The notes beneath the pieces were generated by a model that did not search any database, was not told the DNA's origin, and saw only the letters and a list, made by a program, of their open reading frames with translations. A DNA stretch of 64,000 nucleotides from Octopus sinensis (lineage: Eukaryota): NCBI RefSeq assembly GCF_006345805.1, contig NC_043015.1:3348001-3412000 (forward strand). The letters run 5' to 3'. Position numbers and translations under genes: made by a program. This document shows positions 52,601-64,000 of the stretch, in pieces; position 1 is the first letter of the stretch, and every line of letters starts with the position of its first letter.

Positions 52601-54837
52601 TGTGCCAAGCTCCCCGCTTTAGTTTTGCTTTTTATATTAAGAATTGGCATAACCTTGTGATAACGTTTGAAATACTCCTCGGGGGAGATATATTTAACAA
52701 CTTAATCACCTTCGTCAGCATTTGGAGAATTCATAGTACGTTACTGGAATTTTTGGGCAATTAATTCCAGTGTGTCGAAATTCATTTTAATACATTTAAT
52801 TCATTGTGTACACTTCCTTTCAGCTATGTATTCATGTTCATTCTTCATATTGCCATTGTTCCTGGAGCTTCTCCATTAAAAATGTCTGATGAGATTCTTT
52901 TGAAACACGCTGTGTAATGGAATAGACATATTGTTGATACGCAATGAGGCTGCACCCCTGTCAGCCATTCGTCCATATATTCTAATTAGTAAAGGATTTT
53001 CCACACGAACATACTTTTAGACAAAAATCATAATCTTATTTTATTTTTTAAATATTTTTCTTTCGTATTATTTTCGACGAATTCTGCAGTTGTCGAAGAT
53101 ACCTTCACAACTGGAATTAATTATACGGAAATAAACTAGTTACAGGTGTAAAACATTCCACATTATCAAGGGTAGTAGCACAGACACTATTATGTATGAA
53201 GATTCATAAATATCTCAGCATCTCTAGTAATCCTTTCGAAACAAATATATTTTTCATCTTTATCTCTTTCAGGATCGTATCGTTGGAAAGCTCTTCAAAA
53301 TAATCTCATTTGTTCAGGATTTCTTGCATACTATTTCTTGCTTGTTTTCAATTTAGATATGTGTCTTTGTGTACGACTGTATCAGCGTTTGTGTTTCTGT
53401 GTGTGATTGTGAGATGACTACCTACTTCATATTTAAGTATGTAAACCTTTTTGCAATTTCCTATCATCTACGAACACATTGCGGTTAGCATAAAACTTCT
53501 TAAAGTTTGAATCCTTTTATGGAGTACATATATGCTTCTAAAAGTAGCATTGCATTTGGCAACTTTCTCAAGCAAATCCACCATTTCTTGTATATGTTGC
53601 AGAATACCTTCATATCATACACACCCACGAACGCATTAGATTTATTCCCCAGGCAATACCTACACCCATTTCCCATCTGTATTATGTTCATTATCTTTTG
53701 TTTTCTTTTTCACAAGCCAGCATTAGCACACCCAGATACTGATATGTTTGAACAAAATCCGGATTACCTTTTCTGATTTATATTAACATGAATAGAAATC
53801 ATGCTTGGCTCTTATAACCATATTCCATACCTTTGTATATTGCTATTCTAGCACAAATATAAACAGTTGCTATTTTAATTCAGCATCGGAGGATTATTAT
53901 TCTAGCTCTCCAAATGATGTAGGCAGTCTCTACCTGACGGTTCTCATAGTATCTAGTGATACTTGAGAATACCTTGCGTCAGAGTGGACTAAAATATTTA
54001 ATATCTAAATGTTCTGTATGAAGTGGACAGTTCAGTATTAGTGTACGGTATAGGAACCCATTAATGGAGAAACCTTTTAAAAAACAAACTAATCATTTAT
54101 ATCTGTAGCATACTTGTTTTTCAATGATGCAGTTTATATTCATGTCATCAGCACTTTTGCAGCTTTACTTTCAAGGACAATCCCTGTGTAGGATTACATG
54201 TAATTAGATACATCTAGGACTACATATTCGCTGTTCCTATAACAGTAATCACTTGTAGTATCATTGATCCTGAATTAATCGGATGCCATACAATTAGGTA
54301 TTTGCAAGAGTACATAACAAAATATCATATGTAATTTATTTTGCTCCTTTTCTCCTCTGTGTTCAAATTAAGATAAAGTAAATAATTTTATCTGGTGTTC
54401 CTTTTCGATTACGGTATATGCTGTAATAGGTTCAGTTATTTGCATTAAAAGTCTGCTGCGTATCTGCTTGTATGAAAAGAACAGAAAAGACACTGTTGTT
54501 TTATTATGTTGCTTTATTTCTTTCTCACAAGAATTGTTAGTAAAATATAACTGGGAAAATACTTAAATTTAGTATAGTTTCCGATGAAATAGTTTGTTGC
54601 ACAACGCTACATAATGCAAGGTACTTATTTCGATAGAGAGAGAAGTTTTCAAATTTTAGTGGATTGCATAAATGGAGAGAAATGATATTCAATACAATTG
54701 ATTATTTCCCTCAACAAAATGTATCCATGGACCCGGAAAAGTGATACCCCGTTGAACGCAGTGGGGTGGAGTAGATAATTATAGCTTTTATTATAGCATT
54801 AATGCCACTTTAAGGTATGTTACGTAGCAAGTATATG

Positions 54838-54879
<42 letters not shown>

Positions 54880-54880
<1 letters not shown>

Positions 54881-57326
54881 ACTTGGAAAAGGAAAATACG
54901 CCCACTTACATAGTTTTAATATAATTTTTAATATATCGACCAGTTTCGCTATCGCTATTCATGATATAATGTTTAATTTATATGAATATATATTTTTACT
55001 TAAGAAGGAATTTGGTCCATGTTGTCTGTGATGAGATTCACGAGTGAATGACTTTAGAAGTAGACAAATAAAGGGAGGTAATTGGTTGTTATTATTGTTA
55101 TTGTTGTTTTTAAGGGAGATAACTCTTCAAGTTTTGGTTGGGGAATAAATATGTGTACAGAAAAGAGACAGGTTTAAAAAAAGGGGACCTTGTTTAGTAG
55201 GGATTTATGTACAGTGATGTAATATGTAAAAATATAAAAGTTGGTTATGCGTGCCTATTAAGAGGTGTTTGTGTATTTTTCAATGAAAATTTTTTTTCTT
55301 TATTTAAGCGTTCTAGCTGAGAGATTGCGTCTTTGCATTGGTAGAAAGGGAAGACTGTGAAATTTGGTTTGATGTTACCTGCACATTTGTCCATGAGTTC
55401 ACTAAGAGGAATTTGTCTGTATTGCGGGAAACGGATTTGCTCCTTATGCAGAGTGATTCACTTCCTCATAGTTAAACTCGTTTGTCCAATGTACTGATGA
55501 CTGCAACCCGAGCAGGTTATTACATATAGTAGGTTCTCAGAGGCACAGGTGAAACTAGTTTTAATTGTGAACCTCTATCCTTTTTTGAAAAGGAAATCCG
55601 AGCCTTCAAGCAGGTTGGGGCAGGTTTCACAATTCGGGCGTCCACATTTTTCAACCAATGGTTTCGTGGTTATTTTGTAAAGCTTCGCATTTGTTAGTAG
55701 TCTCGTTAGCGATTTGTCTTGTGTTTTGCATTCGATAAGTTTGTGCGTTTACAGGATGTTGTTCATTTTTGGATCTCTAGTTAGTAAAGGGAGAGTTTGC
55801 ACAATGGTGTTGAGTGCCTCACTGTTTCTGGGGTTGTGTGTTGATATAAAAATAATGTTTTGGTATAGGTGTGGTGCTATGTTATTTTGTTCTTAGTGTT
55901 TTTGTGTCTAATTATTTGGCACGTTTAAATCCTTCGTCGATAAGAGAGGGTGGATATTGTCTTTCAATAAGTGTTGTTTTGAGGTCTTGAAGGCGAAGTT
56001 CCCGAGTTGTTCTATCAGACACTATTGTGCAGATTATATTTGCCAAGTTAAAAGAGATGTTTATTTTTAGGTGTTTCGGGTAGCATTAGTTAAAAAGACG
56101 ATATTGTTTTGAGTCAGTTGGTATATAATAAATGTCAGATATGATTTCATTGTTACCTTTTTGTATCATGATGTCTAAAAATGGAAGTTGTTCTTTGTTA
56201 TATTCCATTTTGAATTGAATGTTACTATTTATGTCATATATTGTTGTTTTGAAATCGAAAAGTCTGTCGATGTTCTCCTTCCAGATGATAAAACAGTTAT
56301 CCAGGTATCGCTTTCAATTTTCTCTTATGTAGAGGTAAAATGGGTACCCATATTTCTGAAGTGATACTTCATATAAGGTGAATTAAAAATAACCTATTAT
56401 TAGGTTCACAAAAACAGGAGCTGCTTCCGTCCCCATCGCTATTCCGCATTTCTGACGATAGTATGTGTCATCAAATAGGAAATAATTGTTCTGAAGTATA
56501 AATTTTAAGGATTCAAAAATAAAGATCTGGTTTATGCGTTCCGGGACGAGTTCAGGGTACTTTCCCAACCATAATTTAATTGCTTTTATTCCATAGAAAT
56601 AACTATCTCTCTTACGTAGTTGAATATGTTCGTGCCTCCTATACTTTTATCATTAATCATACAGATGAGAGAATCTACTTTTTTTAGTAATAACTGGTAA
56701 TTCCTTTGTATTTTCACTTTTTAATGCGTTTAACATTTCTTCCCTCTTTAATTATTAATTCATTCAAATGATGTAAGATCTTACTCCCTTCACGATTCAT
56801 TGTGTAATCATTTCTTGTAAGCTCTTGCTTGGCTTCAGCTATATCACTTAATCATCTTGTTCCATCCTGGTTTGTTCAGTTTGGGTTCTCTATCGCTTTT
56901 TTAATTAGCTTGCGATATCTTCTACCGCCAATTCTGTTATTCACTGAGTTCGCTTAATAGTATTGGCCACTTCCATTAGTCTCTCTTCAGTTAAGTCAAA
57001 AATATCTTGATTTACCTAAAGTCCTTAGACACAGTGCCTGTAACATCTTACTTGAATTCACTTTGCAGTTAGCACAGCACCAACATGATGTTCGCTGTAT
57101 TTGTTAATATCTTCCTCATTATTCCATCCTGTATAATGAGGAGGGAATAATACAGGAGGTCAGGTTGTGTTCTCATTTAACGGACTCTAAGTGTGATCGC
57201 TAGAAGTTCTGCGTAAGTTCATATCGCTCATATACTAAGATAAGTTAATGCACCAAACATAACATGTTCGTTTCTTCTTTTCCCCGTTTATTCCATCTTA
57301 GTTGTGCTGATATCATCTGATTAACT

Positions 57327-57330
<4 letters not shown>
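54880..57330 (-). mobile_element. Penelope-like element (RT + GIY-YIG, Cys-rich linker, Neptune-like), decayed, 3' end abutting (TA)n
   Basis: LKFILQNNYFLF..YYRQKCGIAMGTEAAP (ORF 56383-56568); YLDNCFIIW; LPFLDI; CGRPNCETC; LLYVITCSGCSHQYIGQT; ORF ends near 55243. The 5' boundary is approximate. Confidence 0.9.
54932..54968 (-). ncRNA. Minimal type I hammerhead fold with A3-U8 in place of C3-G8
   Basis: The minus strand reads UAUAUC-AUGAAUA-GC(GAUA)GC-GAAAC-UG-GUC-GAUAUA; 6-bp stem I, GUC triplet; on the sense strand of the Penelope-like element's 3' region. Confidence 0.6.
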
Positions 57331-57359
<29 letters not shown>

Positions 57360-57687
57360 TATATATACATAAATGCCTACTCACACACAGGCATACACGC
57401 GCGTATGCACACACACACGCACACAAATACACACCAGAGTCAATCTTAGGCCGATTCGTTGATAAGATTCCATAGTTTTATTCAATGTGGATTTTTTTTT
57501 CTCGCATGCAATCACAATTCGAAACTTGTAATTACGTCTTGTTTTGCTAAAATAGCTCTGTCTCCGTGTAGCTAATCTATGTATACAGCTCCTTTTTTAA
57601 AAAAGTCTTATATTGTTTTTGTTTAGTTACGTGTCTGAAAGTTCAAAAGTTCATTTCGCTTGTTCTGTTGTTTTTTTTCTTATCTAT

Positions 57688-57692
57688 TGTTA

Positions 57693-57743
<51 letters not shown>

Positions 57744-57816
57744 TATTATTATTATTATTATTATATTATTATTATTATTATATCATTATTATTATTATTA
57801 TTTATTATTATTATTA

Positions 57817-57891
<75 letters not shown>
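57688..57891. repeat. (TTA)n microsatellite, read as a (TAA)n tail of the adjacent minus-strand LINE
   Basis: Directly abuts the LINE 3' end. Confidence 0.95.
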
Positions 57892-59100
57892 CGTTTTACT
57901 TCTCAGAACGTTCGATCTTGTTTGTTCTGGCAGATTATTTGACAGCAGACAGCAGTCTGCTGTCAGTGATCTCATAATGTCTCTTTCGGCACATCATAGC
58001 CTTTGGTACCTGGCTGTTTTTCATCATGGGAGACATTCAACAACCAAGCAACAATCTCAAAGTCCTAGCTGTCACCAGTAAAGCAAATTTGTGCAGCCTG
58101 CTCTGCTCTAAAGTCAATTCCGATTCTTTTCACATATTTCTCGCACTTGTGTTTGTATTCCGCGTGCCTCTATAACTATTGGAATGACAGACACTCTCTT
58201 CACAGACCACATTATTGCAATTTCTTTCATTATTAGTCTGTACTTTATAACAATTTCTAGTTCGTTGTCACTTATGCGTGCATCTTCAGGTATGATGTAT
58301 CTCTGATCTTGGTTTATATTTTCCCTTTATCTACCACACCACTGTCCGGTCTCTGAGCCTCGATTAGTGAGTCATATTATGTTGTAGAATTTCAGAGTAG
58401 CTCATATTCCTTGTTTTCAGTGACTCTGGTTCATGTTCGTATCATTTTCGTGCTCCCTTCAGGCCGTACGTACGCACAAAACCTCCAATAGCAGAATTAA
58501 ACCACGTTTTCATGACTCCTTTTGTAGTGATTTTTGGTTCAGCTTGCTACACCCACACACAATATGTGCCATGGTTTCGTTTCTGCTTTAACTCATCCTA
58601 CAAAATGGCGATTCGCAGCTCTTATCTTTTTGGAACTTGATGTAAATAATTCTCATAGCTTCTTCCTGTGCGCTGCATATAAATAACCCAAGGTATCCTT
58701 CAAGATCTATTTTTCTTAACTATCTCCAAGAGTTTACTTTGTCTTTCTCTTCATTTTCTCTGATATATTGTCCATGCAGGGATTCCATTTTCCGGTCGTT
58801 TACTCTTTCTTCTTTATATTGTTTCTTAAATGTTTGTAGGCGCATCACATTTTCGGTATATTGTTAATTCTAATAGTTGCAAGCAAAGATTGATTCTGCA
58901 GTTTGATGTCCCATCCAAGTGTCTTCTTTCTGTTCACATCACAAATCCTCAATACTATGAGACCTCTTCCACTCCTGTTTCCAGACATATGCAGTCTGTT
59001 AGTATCACTTTTTGGGATCTAATTCCGTGTTAACTGTAATCAGGTTGTTTTAGTTTTCCTGTCCATTTCCTCAAGCTCATTCTTTGTCCACCTAACATCT
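57892..59100 (-). mobile_element. Decayed R4/Dong-like RLE LINE, 3' portion with (TAA)n tail
   Basis: WTKNELEEMDRKTK; ICSAQEEAM; SPFCRM...ETMAHIVCGCSKL (CCHC); VIPIVIEARG. Confidence 0.8.
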
Positions 59101-61719
59101 GCGCGTATTAAGGAAAAAAAGTTATCAACATCATCATCATTATCGTTATCATCACCACCATCATCATCTGCACCATTATCATCATCACGACGACGCCGAT
59201 GACCATGACGACGACGAAGACAACCACCATCAACACCCTCATCATTTATGATTTTCTGTGTTTTTCTTGTTCCTGCTTTGTTGCTGTTGTTGTTGTTGTT
59301 GTTGTTATTATTATTATTTCAAATCAATAGTATAGTATGAAATGAGGCTGAGGTGCTCCAGTGTTTCCTCTCTTCATTCACATCTAAGTAATATTTCTGA
59401 AATTTAGTAGTAATAAATATATTCCGGGAAAATATATTCATCATTTCATTTGAAAATAATGAATGAACAATGCCATATAAATTGCTATTGTCTAATGATA
59501 TAAAAATATAAATATATCATAATACCATGACTTTTATTAATTCATCATCTAAATTTGGTTTTGGTTACTCGTCAGTAATTTAGAACAATGCATCAGTGAA
59601 GAATTTAATGTTATTTTTTCTTTGTTCTTGCGTCGTATGTTTTTCTCTCTCTTCCCCAATGGCCCCTCGACTCTCTGACCCGTTGCGCTTGTACCATCAA
59701 TTAAAAACCATAGATAAAATGTCTGCTTGTTCAAACGGACTTGACATTAGTTTTAAATGCTTTCTTTGCGCATTATATTAAATCAATATTGAACCACGTT
59801 TCTGATTTCTAAAACAGAACATACGAAAACAGCAGTACAGCATAAACAAATCTAAAAGTAAACAAAATCAAAGATAAAAATAAAATAAATGAAAAACCAT
59901 ACAAAATGAAGAAAGCCATCTCAAAATTTACTGTAAAACACTAACTACCTCTCCAATTCTTCCCAACGCCATTTACAAGGAATGTCTGCGTCACTGTTGT
60001 GATTGCAGATTTTTGTTTGAAAGTAAGGAAGTCTATAATAATATTAAGATTGTATTCAAAGTGTTATAAATCGAAAGTGTTATAAACGAAGATCAATATT
60101 GCGGTGAGGTGGGCTGGGAGATAAAATCACAATCAATACTACATCGATGCGTATTGTGGCTGCTGTACTTGATATCGCCATCGTGGTTATTAATATTGTT
60201 TCGTATATCATTAGGTTTTTGTTGTTTATATGGCTACTATAAATGTTGTCGTTTCCATAGTCTAGTCGAATTTTAACGATGTAACACTATTGTTTTATAA
60301 TTATTCTCCTGTTTGCTCTATATTTCCTTCGCCGTGTTATGTTCAGTCTCCATTTGTATTCTGAAAATGACTCATTTGGCACCATTTCATATCAAGACCA
60401 TGAGGAGATAATTCAACACTAACTTAACTAGCAATGCGTTCAACATAACATTTTTTTTAATGTTTCTTTTATGGGATGAACTGACAAATATTCCAAGTAT
60501 TTTAATAGGAAAGAAATAATATTTATAGTAAACACAATGAAGTATATACTCATTTATCACTGTATTTTCTTTCTGAGGTAGAGCCAATGTTTCTGGCGAT
60601 GATTAATGCAATTTTGACAAGGAAAGATCCATGTTTTGGAGCGGCGATAGGTAATATTTGGTTGGTTAAAAATGCATTATTCGCGGATTGATAATCAGCT
60701 GAAAGGACCAGCGGTTGTTTGAGTCTCAGTGACCTAACTCAGAGCAAATGAACGCTTTGTAGAAACAATGACACTTATGAATTCGCTGATCAATAACATA
60801 GCATAACTCATGCAAGGACAAAGCGATAAAGAACACACATATTCTTTGGAATAAACACATGATATAAGACCAGAAACACGTACAGAGCAAACAAAACTAA
60901 ACAATAGGTGAACAAATAATAACGTAAAACAATTCAATATGTGTGACTAGATCTTAAATGCCTATTTCCTCAAGGATAAATATTATGTTGAAAATGAGTC
61001 GGTATATTACAGATATATTTGTAATCTATCTTTTCCTGACGAGATATACAGATATAGGATGGAAAGGAAATATTCTCATTTATAAAGACGCTTGAAGCGC
61101 TTAAGTTACACATTACATTTTACTGGTATCTTGTCCGTCTTCATTTTCGCAGTTCAAAGTCCACCAACGTTACCTTTCTTCCTTTCAGAGTTGGTAAAAT
61201 ATGGACCAGTTGAGCGCTGGTGTCGGTGTACCTAGGTTCGGTCCATCTGCGAATTTGCTAGGCTTGAGCGAAAATGTATACTCGTTATTTGATGAAAACT
61301 CTGGACATATTTGCTGTGTATGACGGCAAGTCTCAGCCGTCCACAGCCAGCGGAATAAGATGACTATGGTTATATTTCAAGAACCCTACATAGAATGTTT
61401 GCATTTCAAACCAATGCTAACTTTTGTAGGTGTTCTACCATTACATTTGTACCAATCATTTTCAGCCATGTTGGAAGTAGATTGGTGATACTTCAAAGTG
61501 CGACAATTATTATTGGTATCACGTCTATGTTCCTCATTGACCACAACCTATATATTTCCCACTTCAAATCCTCTTAGTTATTCCGTTTTTCTTCTTTAAC
61601 TTTGATCCTTTTGTTTACTGGGACATGCTATGTCGATTATCATGAATGTTCTTTCATTTTTATTCACCACAATAATGTCCAATTCCGATATCTGTTCAGG
61701 CGATCGCACTTAAGCATTG

Positions 61720-61870
61720 TGGTGAGGCGCCAGAATCGTTACCCGCTGGGCAAAATGTTTCGTGGCATTTTATCAGTCTTTATGTTCTGATTTCATCCTT
61801 TAGTTGTCCAAAATTAAGTACCTGTGAAATGATGTAATCAAAGTAATCGATTATCCTCCTCCACCAAATA
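61720..61870 (+). mobile_element. Decayed SINE of the 63728-63930 family (a second fragment lies at about 61130-61240)
   Basis: cagaatcgtt...ctgggcaaaatg...tttcatccttt...aattaagtacc. Confidence 0.55.
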
Positions 61871-62646
61871 TCAGACATTGTGGACTGAGTAGAAATGATT
61901 ATCATTTTTGACCTCTCTCAAAAATTTTGTCACTGTCTGCAGCTTAGGGACTCAACACTTTTCGCAATACATGGACTATTCAAGATTTGCAGCCAACTGA
62001 GGTTTTCCTATGATCTTATGTATCTTGCATCTTTTGACACAAGAATTTTCCTCTCCTTGAGATGGTCTCAAGTGAATCGATCCAATTTAGTTCCTCACTA
62101 ATCTATGAAGCTCTATCTATGTGTGTCGCTTCCAGTGTTAGCTCATGGTGCTTCCCGATTTTCTCGAACTCTGTTTTCACCGTAATCTTGTCTGCCATAT
62201 AATCACGACGATGAAAGTCAATTGCTTGCGATCTCTCATGAGGAAAATGATATATGGTCGGTTCTATTGTAGCTTAGTGTCTGTGTAGATTGGATTATCC
62301 CATGTGAGTTTCATCTACTCTATTTCTGCTGCTGGGAAACTTATTGAATCATACTCCGAGAGTGGGCTTAAACATTCATAGATTTACTGTGAAAGATTGA
62401 TGCTAAAACTGTGAAATATCGCGTATAGTTATTTCAACATCGACAACAAGAGGGACAAGAGCAAACAGAAAAAGAATAAAAATAAGATAAAGCGAAAATG
62501 AAGAGAAGAGAGTAGAATAAGATAAAGAAGAGAAGAACAAAAAGGAGAAAAAGAAGAGTAGGAGAATACAAAGAAGAAGAAAAAACTGCAGAAATAGTAA
62601 AAGAAGAAAAAGAACAAGTAGTGGGAGAGTGAAGGACAAAAATGAG

Positions 62647-62712
62647 AGGAAGAAGAAGAAGAAGAAGAAGAAGAAGAAGAAGAAGAAGAAGAAGAGAAGA
62701 AGAAAAAGAAGA
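62647..62712. repeat. (GAA)n microsatellite inside a purine-rich tract (about 62440-62715)
   Basis: Direct inspection. Confidence 0.95.
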
Positions 62713-62754
62713 ATCATAAATAATTATACATGTTCAGACTAGTTTACACCATGT

Positions 62755-62834
<80 letters not shown>

Positions 62835-62847
62835 CTATAAGGATACA

Positions 62848-63064
<217 letters not shown>

Positions 63065-63727
63065 CGTCTACAATTTTATGTTAGTGTCCAGTCGTAAGTT
63101 ACTTCATTTACTCCTAAGTATCAGCAGTATTTGGAAGCATTCCAGTACACTTCGTTCCTTTATTTCTCTAAGTGACGTCATTAATGTTCTATCAATAGAA
63201 ATGAAGTTAAGGTCAAATAAGCATTATAAATATTTTTTTCCTCCTTTATCAACTCGTCAGACTATAGCGAAAGTGATGTTGATTCTATTGCAAGATCAGT
63301 TGTCAGTTAGAGGCCGAGAAATCTTTAAAATGAAACTTGACGTTTATTTGGCAACTATATGGTGTTTTAATAACTAGCATCTTGATTAAAAAATCTGTCA
63401 AACCAAATAGCCGTATGATTTTCTTAATATATTAACTATATTTCGTTGGAAATTTTTGGGGAGATAATACAAACTAGAGGATATGTTTTATGCTTTATCA
63501 GATTGAGCACTCACTGTTACGACATATTTTTACACCTATAAAGGAATAAGCGATCGTTTAATATATTTTCTTCTTTAGAACTAACGAAACACGAATAATA
63601 TATATATTAAGTCAATATTTGACTTTTTGTAAATTTTGGATTGTTTCATGAATTTACTTCAAAATCAGTAGTTAGCTTATGGTTGCGTGATTTACATACA
63701 CATGTACACACACGTACAACCCATACC

Positions 63728-63930
63728 TATTTCTTTACTACCCACAGGGAGCTAAACACAGAGAGGGCAAACAAATGGATTAAGTCGATTATATCGACCC
63801 CAGTGCGTAACTGGTACTTATTTAATCGAGCCCGAGAGGATGAAAGGCAAAGTCGATCTCGGCGGAATTTGAACTCAGAACGTAATACCGCTAATCATTT
63901 CGCCCGGCGTGCTAACGATTCTGCCAGCTC
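63728..63930 (-). mobile_element. tRNA-derived SINE with a Deu/Nin-like central domain
   Basis: The minus strand reads gagctggcagaatcgttagc (A box), gagttcaaattcc (B box), then gactttgcctttcatcctctcgggctcgattaaataagtacc (similar to the Deu/Nin motif as recalled). Confidence 0.8.
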
Positions 63931-64000
63931 AAGCCCATACCTTCACACAAACATAACGCACTTGGTCACGCACACACACACACGCATACGCATGCACACT

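Noticed and set aside
53400-54300. Possible plus-strand Penelope-like RT remnant
   Set aside because: Only vague similarity (SYTPTNALDLFP) and no clear catalytic motifs; needs a profile search.

Overview
Very AT-rich animal DNA with no recognisable host protein-coding exon: an intergenic region or a very large intron. The repeat families look like those of an octopod cephalopod (inference from recalled repeat families, not a database search). The window is a mosaic of microsatellites (TA, CA, GATA, TTA, TAC, GAA), tRNA-derived SINEs of several families, and decayed autonomous elements: a Penelope-like element (RT + GIY-YIG), an RTE LINE with an inverted 5' part, four R4/Dong-like RLE LINE remnants, a CR1 3' end, an apparently intron-containing Tc1 and a DD37D/maT-like transposase. 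Almost all ORFs in the supplied track are microsatellite noise. The main signal is non-coding. About ten sequence-unrelated short repeats, most of them fold-back (inverted-repeat) elements next to (TA)n runs, carry minimal type I hammerhead-ribozyme folds with palindromic stem III. Four of these have fully canonical cores (4289-4378 +, 4030-4119 -, 21654-21716 -, 35687-35747 +). One has an apparent A3-U8 swap of the C3-G8 core pair, at the 3' end of the Penelope-like element (54932-54968 -). One family is a tRNA-headed SINE carrying a hammerhead (40715-41305). All folds were assigned by eye and none was tested computationally or biochemically. Irregular TA runs and homopolymer-only differences between some repeat arms suggest residual long-read errors, so the most perfect palindromes need read-level validation.
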